Positions 50,387 to 63,425 of a stretch of 64,000 bases of DNA are shown here, piece after piece (position 1 is the stretch's first letter; each line of letters opens with the position of its first letter). The stretch is taken from positions 3,397,844-3,461,843 of the forward strand of contig CM119265.1 of the NCBI GenBank assembly GCA_051294375.1. The letters run 5' to 3'. The DNA comes from Paraspadella gotoi. Its lineage: Eukaryota > Animalia > Chaetognatha. The notes under the pieces are model-generated. The model did not search any database. It had not been told where the DNA came from and saw only the letters and a program-made list of their open reading frames with translations. Made by a program: the position numbers and the translations under genes.

Positions 50387-51570
50387 AACAAGTTTGAGCA
50401 AACAATGTCGGATCTGCCTACGATAATTAAGTGGTAATAAGCTAACTTGGTCAACTTGCATAATTTGGTCAACTGACATAATTTGGTCAACTGACATAAT
50501 TTGGTTAACTGACAAAGTTTGGTCAACTGACATAATTTTATCAATTAAGATAATTTGGTCAACTGGCATAATTTGGTCAACTGGCATAATTTGCTCAACA
50601 GGCATAATTTGGTCAACTTGCAGAACTTGATCAACTTGCAGAATTTGGTCAACTGGCATAATTTGGTCAACTTTAAGAATTTGGTCAACTGGCATATTTT
50701 TGTCAATTGGCATAATTTTGTCAATCAATCAATCAATCGATCAATCAATCAATCAATCAGAGAGAGATAGAGAGAAAGAAACTTTAAAAAATTCAAATAA
50801 ATGTGTCTTTTGGTTTTCTAATTTGAACTCTTTTCCACTCCTACGATTCCATCAAAAAATTTATATCCAGCTTTATCACATACTTTCCTACCCACACACA
50901 AAATTCAATTTCGATTTATCTATCCAATTTTTAATAAACATAATAATTATGAGTAAATTTAAGTAAAAATACTTCAAGTAAATATGACTTTTGTTTTTTC
51001 CATTTTGACTCATTTCCACTCGCACGATTCCATCGAAACTTTGTATCCAGCTCAATCACACACTTTCCTACCATCATACAAAATTGCCCTTTCCACTCAT
51101 GAGAAATTGGCGTTCAATTAGTGAAATATTTTTTTTTTCCATTTAAACCAATTTCTACTGGCACGATTCCCTCGAAACTTCATATCCATCTCAATCAACA
51201 GTTTCCTACCCACACACAAAATTTCATACCAATCCATCCATCCAATCACGAGTAATTGGAAGTTTTTCTAAGGTGGGACGGACGGACGGGACGCGGACGG
51301 ACGGATGGACGGGACGGACGGAAGGGGACGGATGGACGGACGGACGGACGGACGGACAGACGGATGACGGACGGACGGACGGACGGATGGACGGACGGAC
51401 GGACGGACAGACGGAATGGACGGACATCATTTTTTTTGCATAATTTATCATAATTAATGTTCTAACATAATATAAGTGTGTGCCCGACAATATTGAGGGG
51501 GCGGACCGACGGACCGACAAAGTGAATTATAGAGTCGGGATATGCTGATAAGCAGATCCGACTAAAAAAA
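50387..51570 (-). mobile_element. DINE-1/HINE-like element family A with expanded internal repeats
   Basis: Same termini as 6807-7590; contains an 18-bp tandem array (TTGGTCAACTGGCATAAT, 50447-50722), three diverged ~180-bp units and a long (GGAC)n tract. Confidence 0.7.
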
Positions 51571-52474
51571 ACGAAGTCAGTCCTTCTCTGAGCCATTATT
51601 GATAAAATCTTACATTGTTTTTTTCATAAAAATAATCTCCGACGTTAATCAGAGGATTCGAGTGATCAAGCCAAGCTTCATCCTCTCTTCTACCAACCTT
51701 TCAACCGCCCCCCCCCCCAACTCCTCTCCAAACAGCCTCAGTTCCGCTCCGGCCGCCGCTGTCCACGTCCAACGGGTCGTCGGCGACTCAACCTCTGATC
51801 TTTGCCGATTCGCCAAGATCGTCGTCATCGTCGTCGTTGTCGTCCTTTATTTCGTCGCCGCCATCGTCTCCGACGTCGAGTTGTATCTCTTCTTCGTCGA
51901 CGCACTCTGAGGATCCCTTGGGCGCTAATTTCTGAAAGCGCCTCATTTCTGTTTTTTTAATCTTTCAACATTATTTTAATTTTGATATTTAACTTTAAGA
52001 AACCCTAAATTTAATTCTTAAATCTAATCCATAACTTAACTTTAATCAATCACTTTAATCTTAATCGGTAAATAAATCATTAATTGATAAACTTACTGCT
52101 TGATTTTTAACCTTAATTAATTTTTTAAACCTCAAAACAAAATATAAATTTAAGCTGAAATATATGGCTTTTGGAATTTAGGACTGGCCCTAAGGGTCGC
52201 GACTCTCGGGTTCTCTCTTTGTTATTCATCTTAACTTAATACTTGGTGCTAATTAGATTCGATAATTCAGTAAAAATTTACTAAGTATTGAGTTAACGTT
52301 TATATTTAGTGTTTAGTCCTAATTAAGATTCTCATTATTACTAAATTATTGAAAAAAAATACAAAAATAAAATCAATCAAAAAAAAATTATCAATGCTTA
52401 TTTCATATTTAAAAATTTGAAGCTGGAAATTAAAGAGAAAACTTGACGTCTCATTATGTCCTCTAATTACTCCA

Positions 52475-54846
52475 TCAACAGACTCCTTGCCCCTGACGAT
52501 ATTTCTCCAAATCGAATCCATCATATTCCATCCAATCGGGAAAGAGTTCTGCAATGACAGACAGAATGTCGTTGCTGTTGCATTCACGGTCGTCGCATTG
52601 CAAATTGCGCACCTAGAAAATTAATTAATTAATTGATTGATTGATTTTTTTATTTATTTATTTTTTTAAATTTTTTTATTCCTTCATTTAGTGATAGACC
52701 GATCGATTTTTCGACGATTGATTGATAAATTGAATGAATGATTGATTGATTGAATGATTCTTTGATTCATTGACTGATTGAGTGCTCGATTGATTGATCG
52801 ATCGAATGATTTATTGATAGACAGAGCGAAGGATCGAAAGATAGATTTATCGATTGCCTGAGTGCTTGCTTTATTCATCGCTCGCTTGCTTGCTCGTTTT
52901 CTTTTCCCTCACCTTCAACAATTCCACGATGCTCGTGCTTCCACGATCCACGGGCGACTTGTAAAAGTCAACCGCCATTTTGATCGCCTGTTTGACTCTC
53001 TCACTGATCACCACTGTGCCAGACGCTTCCATAAAAAGATCCAGACTCAGTTGATCATTTATGGTCCCTGGAAACAAATACGTAAAAAAAAAGGTATTTA
53101 AGGATTGACATTATCTGCCGACGACCTTACCTTTCCTGACGCAGTTGAGCGGGTAGTTGTCGTACTCGTCGAGGTTCTTGCGCGACCAGGCGATTTCGTG
53201 AACAATCTCGTAAGTCCCCGCCACCTCATAAGGGGGGGGGGAAGACACAAATGTAGATATTAAAGACGCACTAGATATTGAATATCGATCATAATAGTAA
53301 TATTTTTATCAGAATTGAAGGATATTAATAGGTTGAATGATAGAACTGAGGATAAGGCGCTGAGTTGGCAATTACTTTCCCTAAACTTTTTTTGACAACC
53401 AACAATGGAACGGGTCATGGGCTTTGAACCCGGCTAGATGGTTTTACAGGCTCCCAAGTCATTTTATGGCCGTTCTTCTGCTGCCTCAGGGAATCGATCC
53501 CGGTTCAACTCAAGAAGCCACCGGGTGACTACTGAGAGTACGATATATGTTTGCGGAATAAACTCTGCGATGTCCACTACAGATTGAATATTTACTAGAG
53601 CAATTTGATTGTCTGATAGTGTGGCGAATCCTAAATTCGCCTCCCGTATAAGCTATAGCTTGGTGAAACTCAGCTCGCCCCATTGGCTTGAACAGCTGAG
53701 TACTCGTTCACCAACCGACAGTTCCGGGTTGAATCCCCTCTCGGTCACGCTGGTTAAAGTGTAATGGAGTCGTCATAAACACGCCAGAGACATGGGGTGG
53801 TCACTGCAGGTCCAAAGCCCAGAGCGCCAGCTGTGGGGAGATGCCTCACACCCCGGGCATCACACATGTCTCCCCGTAGCTATGATAGATCGATTAAGTG
53901 ATTGATTTGATTGATTTATTCCACTACTTTATATCCGGCGCTGTTGAGATTCCTCAACATGATCTTGACGGGCATATTCGTCTTAACCGAATTGTTGATC
54001 TGGATGGAGATTTTGACTTTGCGGTAGATGTGGATGAGGGATCTGCGCGTCGCCGCCAGGAGATCCTGTTGAGTGGACGGGGGTGTTGAGAGGCAGGACT
54101 TCGACGGCGGAAAACAACAGCGCGTCACCTTGAAGTAATCCAAATGGTACAGCAATTGCTTCTGCGTCAAATTCGGGTTAGAGAGTTTGAGCATCAAATC
54201 TCTGAACTTTGGAGTCTCTTTGGACACTCCCTCCTTCAACTTGTGCAGTCCGCTGAGGAGTGGAGAGGAAGAAAGAAGTTGGAATTGCATGTGTTTCCAT
54301 AGCGAATGTCGAACATTTTATCACACTGACAACAGAATTCCGGATCAACGTAAATATATTTTAGCCCTACGATTGGCCGAGCCTCGTCAGGGGTGAGCCA
54401 ATGACCATTCGAGATTTCGTGCTTTGTTTCTGATCAGTTGCCTTTAAATTAATATTGATTTTATTTACTCGTTTAAGAATTGATATCGGCTTTACTTTCT
54501 GAGAATAAAATCCACCTTTAATTCAAGGTTAAAACTTAAATCCATAGTACTTAGTACTTATTTAATAAAGGTGGTAGCGGTGAGATTCAAAGCCAGGCGT
54601 TCGACTGACCAACCGAATGCTCGAGCCAACTGAGCCAAACCCTATACCTGCCATTGTCCTCTTTGGTCGAAGTGTCGTTGGTAAAGAACTTGGCCATCGA
54701 GATGGAATCGCTAGTCAGATTCTTGAAGAGTTCCATCTGCAATTTGGTGATGGCGGCGATGTTCTCTCGAGAGGAGTCGAGGTCGCGACGAGTCTCTCGG
54801 ATCTTCGTCGCCGTCTCTGCCAATTTGGCGTTCATCTCTTGGGCGC

Positions 54847-54925
<79 letters not shown>

Positions 54926-55093
54926 TGAGATGTCAAATGTTAATTGGTCAGTTCGTTTTGTCATTTAACAATTCATTCAGTTGATCATCTATTACTTAAT
55001 TTACTTATTTTCCAAACAATTTTAAACATTCATTCACACTGTAATCTCTTCATTCATTCAATCATTTATTCATTTTTAAGTCATTCATTCATC

Positions 55094-55161
<68 letters not shown>

Positions 55162-55163
55162 AT

Positions 55164-55200
<37 letters not shown>

Positions 55201-55328
55201 ACCCTGGATAGTCGAGACGGCCTGAGAGACGCACATAGCGATTGAAGCAGCACTCATGATGGCGCCGATTGCGTCGAACCCGTATTTCTTCATCCCCTTA
55301 AATATTAGCGATTGATTGATTGAGTTTT

Positions 55329-55387
<59 letters not shown>

Positions 55388-55400
55388 TCTATTTATCTAT

Positions 55401-55471
<71 letters not shown>

Positions 55472-56849
55472 TAAATATACAAACATGTGGCATTTCGTGA
55501 TGTTCAAAATTAACTTTTCAATGGCGAATTAAAACATAGTGATTTATCCTAAAACGCAAAGTTTCATTAACAAACTTGCTACAAGTTGCCACAAAACACC
55601 GTGTATTCCTCACTTGCCACAATTTGGTTTTGGTGAAAGAAACGCTGACCGACTTAATCGTATTTTTGATTTTGGTGAAGAATTTTCCGACGGGTTTGAA
55701 TTTGGAAGTTAGTTTAGACATAATTCCGCCTTAAAAAGTTGGGGTAAAAATGTTTAATATTACAAAATTATAATAAATAAACTAATATTCTACCCATACT
55801 ATTCTACCCATACTACCCGCGATTCTGATCGAGTACTTCTCACCTTTGCTGGGCAAAGTTTTAGGAACTTTTGGTTTGTTGGCTTCGTTCTTAAGGAAAT
55901 TGTCGGCGCCTGGAGTAAAAATAAAAATTATAATTGTTGATGAAGAGACATCACTTGCACAGGAGATAAAGATTTATTTTTAAGTATTTTTTTTAGTATT
56001 TAGCTTTTAGATTTTAAAATATTTCTATTCTTATGGTCTGCCTTGAAAAATAATTCGTCCATAAATATTGACAAAAAAAATAAATACACATGTAAATCCT
56101 ACTACGAATTACTTTGAGGGAAACTAACTTAGATTCTATAAGCATCCAGTTAGAATTTTTGGTATTTGTTCTATTACCATTAGTTCTAAGTTCATTCAAT
56201 TAAAAAAAAACTTCTATGTAAATGAACACCAAAAATGCTCATAATCTTAATCGAACCAAAACTACCAATCAGAGCCCGTTGTCCACAAGCAATCAGAGCC
56301 CGCATTCCACAACTAATCACCTCTCTTGTCCTTCATGATTTTGTGGATAAAATCGTCCAATTGCAGATCGTCCATGTCCTTTGTCCAATCCGCTAACTTG
56401 TCCAAGTTCGATTTCGTGCATTTAATCTTTGACAAAAGAATGTGACAGCAAAAACGTTTTGCTTAAAAATTTATTTATTATTATATATTATTTTATCCTC
56501 AATGATCTTTTCCCAAATTATTTCATGAAATTAAAAATTATTCATTCATTTAATAAATAAGCTATCTTGCCCCTGAATTTGGACAGGCTTTGGTGGTTTA
56601 AGGAATCCATCACTCTTATATGATAATGACATAGCAGGTCCCTGCAAGATTTCATTCAAGACTCAAAGACTCAAATAATGTTTTAATTGTATCAATTGCA
56701 TCATATTACACAACTCCGACTGACCAAGGAAATTTCAATTCTCGCCCGACTTACTCTCCACATCTCCAAAATCTTTCCCACCTTTCTCCCCCCGACTCAC
56801 TTGAACTTACCAACTCTCTCCGTGACTACCTGCTGAGCCCCGACTCTCT

Positions 56850-56921
<72 letters not shown>

Positions 56922-59900
56922 CTCTCTGACCACTAACCTGCTTAGCCCCGACTCTAGTTTGGCTGTTGATCATTTTCTCGTCCTTCATGAATTCGTTGAT
57001 CTTCATCTTCGTCGACTGAGAAGCGAAGATGTCGAACATGCCTCCCATGCCGCCGTCCTTGCCCACCTTGCCCAACACTTTGGTCACCGTGCCTTTGGAG
57101 ACTTCGACGAAGTAGTTCTTGCCCGTCTTCATGTTGACAGCCATGCTGACGCCTGCGTTTGGTTAAGTTTTAACAATCAATCAATTAATTATTCAATCAA
57201 CCGATCAATTAATAAACAATCAAACAATTAATCAATCAGCAACGTACTCGATCAATACTGACCAGAATATATTAATTCATCACTAAATCAATCAATAAAT
57301 CAATTTTTTTATCAATTAATAATTAAATCAATCAATAAACAATCAAACAATTAATCAATCAGCATCGTACTCGATCAATACTGACCAGAATATATTAATT
57401 CATCACTAAATCAATCAATAAATAAATTTTTTTATCAATTAATAATTAAATCAATCAATAAAGCAATCAAATGAAATGGGCTCACCCGACGCGGGCGACC
57501 GGACGACGACGTTAAGATCCTTGATCTTGATTGATCCGAGCGAAAGACGTCTGACTCCTCGAAGGAAAGAAGGCATGAGTTGCACCATGAGGGAAATTCC
57601 AGCGAAGACGGCGAAAGCAATGGATTCTGTTCCTTGCATTTGGGCCATGCGGTCGTCGAGGGACTTGAGGAAAAAGAGGAAGGGGGGGGGGAAGGTGGTC
57701 ACGTGGGGCGTTATCCTATTGCGGTCGGTCTGTCGGTCGGTCGGTATGTCTGTCCGTCGGTCTGTCCCACTTAAAAATGCTCATAACTCATTACTCGTTT
57801 GTTAAGACAGGAAAAAACCTCAAATCTAAGGGACTGCTAGCGGTCATAAAACTATAAAGAATACAAAATGGGCTAAGAAAATCGCTGCAGCGCAACACAC
57901 ATTTAAATTTCCGTTCTTGTTTAATCTATGTCTAAATTTTCTCAATTTAAATGATACTGATTCGTATAAAGGTTATTATGGTTATTATGGTTTTAAATAC
58001 ATTGTAACTCATTGATTACAACGCTGTGTACACGAGTATTTTTCGTACATTTCGGTTTTAGGATCATCGAAGACCAAATTCGTCTGCAACCGAAAATGAA
58101 TAAATTAACTATGACCTACCTATTTACCCTTGCATACTCCCATCATCAATCTTAACACTTCTCCTGATATACTCCTTACTCACCCTGACCTACTCCTTAC
58201 CCTGACCTACTTCTGGCTCACCCTGATATACTCTTTCCTCACCCTAACATACTCCATACCCTGACATATATATATGTACCAAAACAATTATTTTGAAATT
58301 TTAACATTATATTTGGGTAGTGCCATATACAAATTAAGCTGACTGAGCAACTACATTTATAAAAAAAACAAAAAATAACTACAGAGTAGTAGTCATTAAT
58401 ATGATAGTTTTCATAATACAACTGCTATATATAACTGTATAACTGCTAAATTTTGATTCCAAACTTTCACTTCACTCTACTCATACTCCTAAACTCACCC
58501 TGACGTACTGTTCCATGTCAGTTTCGATCTCCAATTTCTTCTTTTGCAATTCCTCGTCGTATTCGTCTTTTGTTTCGTCGGGCATCATGTCCGTTGCCGT
58601 CGAGTTGTAGTGCAGCACCCCTGGTGGAAGAAAAAAGTAAAAAGGAATAAATAAATTAAAAAATAAATGTATATATAAATAAATCCTAATCCTAAATCCT
58701 AAATCCTTAATCCTAATTCCTAATCCTATATCAATATCACCATCAACTCCACCATCTAACCCAACGCGTCCATGAGCAACGCGTTGTTCTCGACGATCGT
58801 CTCTATCTCTTGTTTGATTGAAGTCAACTTGTAGATGAGGTGGAGGTTGGAGGCGTTCCACCGACGGAGCTCGCCGTTCTCGTCGATGGCGACCGAGGCC
58901 AAGTCTTTGAGTCCGTCCATCGAGTCTTTGACGTCTTGGTATTTCTGGAGGGAGGTCGAGGTGGGAATATGGGCCGATTTACGCTCAACTAGTTCATTTA
59001 TTTAATTAGGATAAATTGAACATTCTAAATATAGAAATTAGAATCTTTTTAAACTCCTCCCTCACCATTCAAAATTTAGGAAACTACATAAATTGTTTTA
59101 TTTTCTATTGACTCCCCTTTTCAATGTTGCGTGCACCTGACCGCCACCTGCCCGTCCCTCCCCCGCTCCTAACCGCCACCTGTCCATGCTTCCCCCGGCA
59201 CCTGACAAGCCTCGGCCGTGAGTCCTCCGCAAGTGACGATAGAAGCGACAGAGAGCGAGAGACAAGAAGCTGCGGCGACGACGCCGGCGATCTTCAGTCC
59301 TTGAAGGAGACCTTTGCCGATGGTGACGAAGATGTTGTAAGGATGGATGGTGGTGGGGAGACATTCGTTCGAGTCCAGCTGTAGGTTGGATGGAGGCTTA
59401 ATAAACTAATTTTTCACGAACTTATACAACTATAACTGTGACTGACATATATTATGCTTTGCCCCTCTAAGTATTAGCGCGGGCGTGAAGCAAGAAAAAT
59501 ATTTCACAGTCACTTGGCGCTAAGTGGGCTCAATACTATTATCCGTAACATTTTGACCCCCCCTTGCCAGAAATGATACTTGTCCTGTGCTTATAGGTAT
59601 ACCAGGGCCCCCGTGGCGGTCCTTACGCTTCCCCTAGTGTATGTATGTATGTATGTATGTATGTACCTATGGTTAAGATCGGTTCTGGTTCCAGTCATGG
59701 GTCAAAACACAAGGTTGGGTTGACTGTGCATTGCACAATATTTTCTCACCCGACAAACTCCTTGCAGCAATCCGGAATCCTCTGACTTGGCTATCGACTC
59801 GGAAAAGTTGCCGACGGGAAAATCGAACTCGTCCGGAATGTCGGGTCTCGGCAGCTCGTCCGGAAAGACCGTTCTCGATCCCTCGGCGATCGAGTTTGCT

Positions 59901-60013
59901 CTTTTGTCGATCGATTCCCATCTTCGAGCGCAGATGGCGGGATGAGCGAGTTGGGCGAGCAACAAAAGAGCAATCGTCAGCCAAAATCGCGGGTATCGTG
60001 AATCGAGACGCAT
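52475..60013 (-). CDS. Uncharacterised secreted alpha-helical protein, ~790 aa, 16 exons (59750-60013, 59202-59378, 58761-58944, 58499-58620, 57486-57663, 56938-57152, 56321-56426, 55844-55909, 55614-55729, 55203-55296, 54648-54846, 54129-54252, 53928-54065, 53131-53224, 52913-53067, 52475-52612)
   Basis: All 15 introns are GT-AG, exon phases match, and there are no internal stops. N-terminus MRLDSRYPRFWLTIALLLLAQLAHPAICA is signal-peptide-like; the protein ends ...YDGFDLEKYRQGQGVC*. Family not recognised. Confidence 0.85.
53675..53880 (+). mobile_element. tRNA-derived SINE family 2 (intronic)
   Basis: tRNA-like head (tggcttgaacag...ccgggttgaatccc) followed by a body shared with 10680 and 17925. 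Confidence 0.45.
56535..56670 (+). repeat. Dispersed repeat family C (also 62240-62610, 17505-17605, 10245-10345, and 27075-27155 on the minus strand)
   Basis: Shared core ttggacaggctttggtggtttaagg...gataatgac.tagcagg. Confidence 0.6.
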
Positions 60014-61264
60014 TTTCCAGGGATTTTTTTCCGTTTCTGTTATTAATCAATAGTTTAGGATTGATTGGTTTGATTGGTTATTTAACTATCAAAAATATTA
60101 AGTTAGTTAATTTACATACGAGACGTTTAAAAAAATATTTTTAAAAAGTAATTCTTTCTCGTTTAATTTTGAGTCAAATTTTGACGACTAAATGTCTGCT
60201 TGGTTTCAACTTTTTTTCCGTAGAATGACGGGTAAATATCATGATAAGGTTATTATTGTTATTAGTACGAATATTTAGGAACTAGGAACTAATGATAGGT
60301 AGTCATAACTATTTTCGTTCTCCACGTTAGAAAAAGTCTAACTTTGTGAAATGTAAAAGTTATTGTAATTGAGCGAAAACGTTTTAATAATCGAAATTCA
60401 TTTAGTCACGGACGAAAAAAATTACAAAAAATTTAATTAAAATGACGAATTGACTAATAATATTCACAACCAACTGGACGTTGGTGAGAATCGACATCAG
60501 GTCGTTTGACGTCAAGTGACAAATTAAATTTATCAGTTTGGATTTAAAAAGTGATGTATGATATATGACGCATTTTTGCTAAACATAGTTTAACGGAAAT
60601 TCCGATGGACATTTTAGGTTTTCATCTTTTGCAGTATTTTTATGCATTTATTCATACAACAGATTAATTAATTGCTCGTAGAATTTTGTTTTTCTCTCTT
60701 CTTTACATTGTTGCTGCATTTATCATCATACTAAATAAAAAGATAAAACGCTAAGATTTTAGCTCGCTATCGAATGTAAACTGAGTGTACATAATTTTGA
60801 CTCGTAATAATTTCCACAAAAATCAATCTATTGAAAGTAAAGTACAGTATATACGCATCTCAATGTGATTATGCTCATAAAGTCCTGTTGAAGAAAGAAA
60901 GTCATTTTAGGTTGCTTAGTAAGCAATGCTTACGGACATTGCATTCTTGCCCACATTTTAGAGCGTTGAGTAGTTGCAAAGGAAAGAATGGAATGGAACT
61001 GGAAAGGTTAACGCTAACACAGACGCATGTGTGAATTAATTTTGGAAAAAGCGTGAATAAGTGTGATTCTGAAGTGAGTCGAGTGAATTATTAATAGTTA
61101 ACGTCAAGAGTCGAGTATCCAATTTTATGTTGGAACCAAAAGATCGGTTTGATAAGATAAATAAGATTTTCTTTTCTAATTTGTAATGAATTATGTTGCG
61201 ATTTTAGTACAAAAAGTTCAATTAGTATGTTTTTCAATGTTAATGATAAAATATTCAAAGCAAG

Positions 61265-61308
61265 ATAGCTAGCTAGCTAGCTAGCTAGCTAGCTAGCTAG
61301 CTAGCTAG

Positions 61309-61406
<98 letters not shown>

Positions 61407-61412
61407 GTCTGT
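61265..61412. repeat. Compound microsatellite (TAGC)n(TATC)n
   Basis: Direct inspection. Confidence 0.95.
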
Positions 61413-61615
61413 CTACATATTTTTTCTTCATATCGCTGGAAAATCGGGTAAAATTTGAATTTTCCCGCTGACAGATGAAGATTTCGTCCTTAAAAATTAG
61501 TGAAGTTTTGACGCAACAAGTTTCAGAGTAAGAATGGTTTGACCGTGGTTGCGTGTTGTAGTTGCTCGTCCACAGAAGAATCTTATTTCGATTCAGAGTT
61601 TATGACTATGAAAGG

Positions 61616-61676
<61 letters not shown>

Positions 61677-61872
61677 CCGAGACGCAGCCGAACATTCTTA
61701 AGTGCTTCATCCTTATAATGTTCATTCTGACCAAAGATGCATACGTAAATCTCTCAAAAGATTTTTATTAATTTCATCGATTCGAAAAAAAATATCTCAT
61801 TTTCTGAATTTTTCGTTCGTAAAATATAATCCGCGTTTTACTCGTTTTACTCGTTTTACACGTTTTTCGACA

Positions 61873-63372
61873 ATGTCTTTTTCGACAATAACTTTTCGTC
61901 TGCAAAAAGGACGAATTATTAAACTAATTTTAGTTATCATTTTTTTACTCCTTGTTCGTCATTTTTTCAGCAAGAGAAACGATCCAATCAAGGAGGTAAG
62001 TTTTATAGTGAAACCTACCAACTTACCCTCAATTTGAATATGACTCGCTTTTCGTTTTTTCATCCCCGGATGTATGTATATCGATGCGAATGAGTTTGAG
62101 CTCGGAACCGGCTTGAGTCGCTGCGACGCGGAGCACTTGTTGCGTTTATGGACAACCTTAACTAATAAATAACTATATAATTTAAAAAACAAAAATTTAT
62201 TAATTGTTATTTTGTTTCATGAAATTAGTACAACCAATATAATAATTATCCATTCATTTAATAAATAAGCTAATATCGTTGACTAAAATCCACTTACCGT
62301 TCATCAGCGGCCAGTGGTGCCGGAGGCCAGTCATTCGCCTCCTCAACCTAAAGGTCCGGGGTTCTAGCTTGGCAGTTAAGAGGGACGGGGCGCTTAACCA
62401 GCCCGTAACACGGTCTTACAGCCTGATCCGAAGCTCGGACTGCTTATATTGAACGGTTCTATCACTAACACATAACAATAATTACTGTCTCTTCACTATC
62501 TTGCCCCTGACTTTGGACAGGCTTTGGTGGTTTAAGGCCTCCATCACTCTTACAGGATAATGACGTAGCAGGTCCCTACAAGTTTTCAATGAAGACTCTC
62601 TCACAGTCTCGTTAATTCATTCCCAGAGTACCTGTCTTCCCTATCAGTGAAGTGGTATAATGTTTCAAAGAATGATTCATTTGTATGAAAAGACCACTCC
62701 CTTATCATGTTACAGAATCAAAAATCGTTTCGCTCTCGCAATTCGCGCAAATGCGATAAAAACAGGTAAGCATCAACGCATCGATTTGTGATCATTCACT
62801 TCCGCCAATTTGGTTTCTTATCTTTTTTAGTATGTTTGTTACATAGTGTAATAATCCTTTCGTTTTTGGTAACATAATTTCGAAGTCACGTGACAATTTA
62901 AACTTCGCTTAGAGAGCCTCTTTTTTTTCGTGTAAAACAATGTACAGATGAGTATAACAAACTACAATATTTATGTTGTAAATTGTGCTTATCTTTAGAT
63001 AATTGTTCAGTCACGAGATCATCTGGAAAAGCCTTAATCTTGCCGATTATTTTTAACGCAATATTACAAATACTATATTGTAGTAAGGTCATTCCCGGCT
63101 CATTATAATGAATTCCCTCTTCCAATCAGAACCGACTGCCCAAAACTAGTTCTCTACTGGACGAGCCGCTTCGGCGAAAAAGACTTTGCCCTCGGCTTCG
63201 GCCCCGGTGGCGTTCGAGACTGTCCCACGGGCCGTTGCGAGTTGACGACGGAGCGTGGAAGACTCGAAGAAGCCGACGCCGTCGTCATTCATCCCAAAGG
63301 AGTCGAAAGGAAGACGTGGAATTCGGTCGTCGTTTGGCCGACGTGGGATGACTTTGATCTGCCGGAGATAAA
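61873..63372 (+). CDS. Alpha-1,3-fucosyltransferase (GT10 family), first three exons (61873-61995, 62716-62765, 63130-63372); continues beyond the window
   Basis: Type II signal anchor (GRIIKLILVIIFLLLVRHFF), short stem exon, then LVLYWTSRFGEKDFALGFGPGGVRDCPTGRCELTTERGRLEEADAVVIH...LP, which fits the GT10 N-terminal pattern W..F....CP...C..T.DR.....ADAV.FH. Splice phases 0 and 2 match. Confidence 0.8.
62280..62500 (+). mobile_element. tRNA-derived SINE family 1, full-length, nested in repeat family C
   Basis: A-box-like TGGTGCCGGAGG, AGGTC variable-loop-like segment, B-box-like GGTTCTAGC; six copies in the window. Confidence 0.7.
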
Positions 63373-63425
63373 GTAGGGAGGGATTTTGAAAAGAGGGGGG
63401 GGAAGAGATTGGGGTTGTGGGTGCA

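Noticed and set aside
50260-50770. Repetitive ORFs (LCQLTK / VDQIMP)
   Set aside because: They are translations of the 18-bp array inside a HINE-like element.
49440-51950. Possible minus-strand gene (acidic ORF from ATG near 51946 and a Pro-rich segment at 49410-49800)
   Set aside because: I could not build a phase-consistent, stop-free model or recognise a domain, so it is left uncalled.
54571-54642. tRNA-like sequence on the minus strand (similar ones at ~24075-24145 and 53480-53530)
   Set aside because: An A-box is present but the B-box and stems are degenerate; more likely SINE heads than tRNA genes.
59470-59640. Possible Helitron 3' end or MITE (hairpin followed by CTAGT)
   Set aside because: The hairpin and terminal repeats are too imperfect and there is no second copy in the window.
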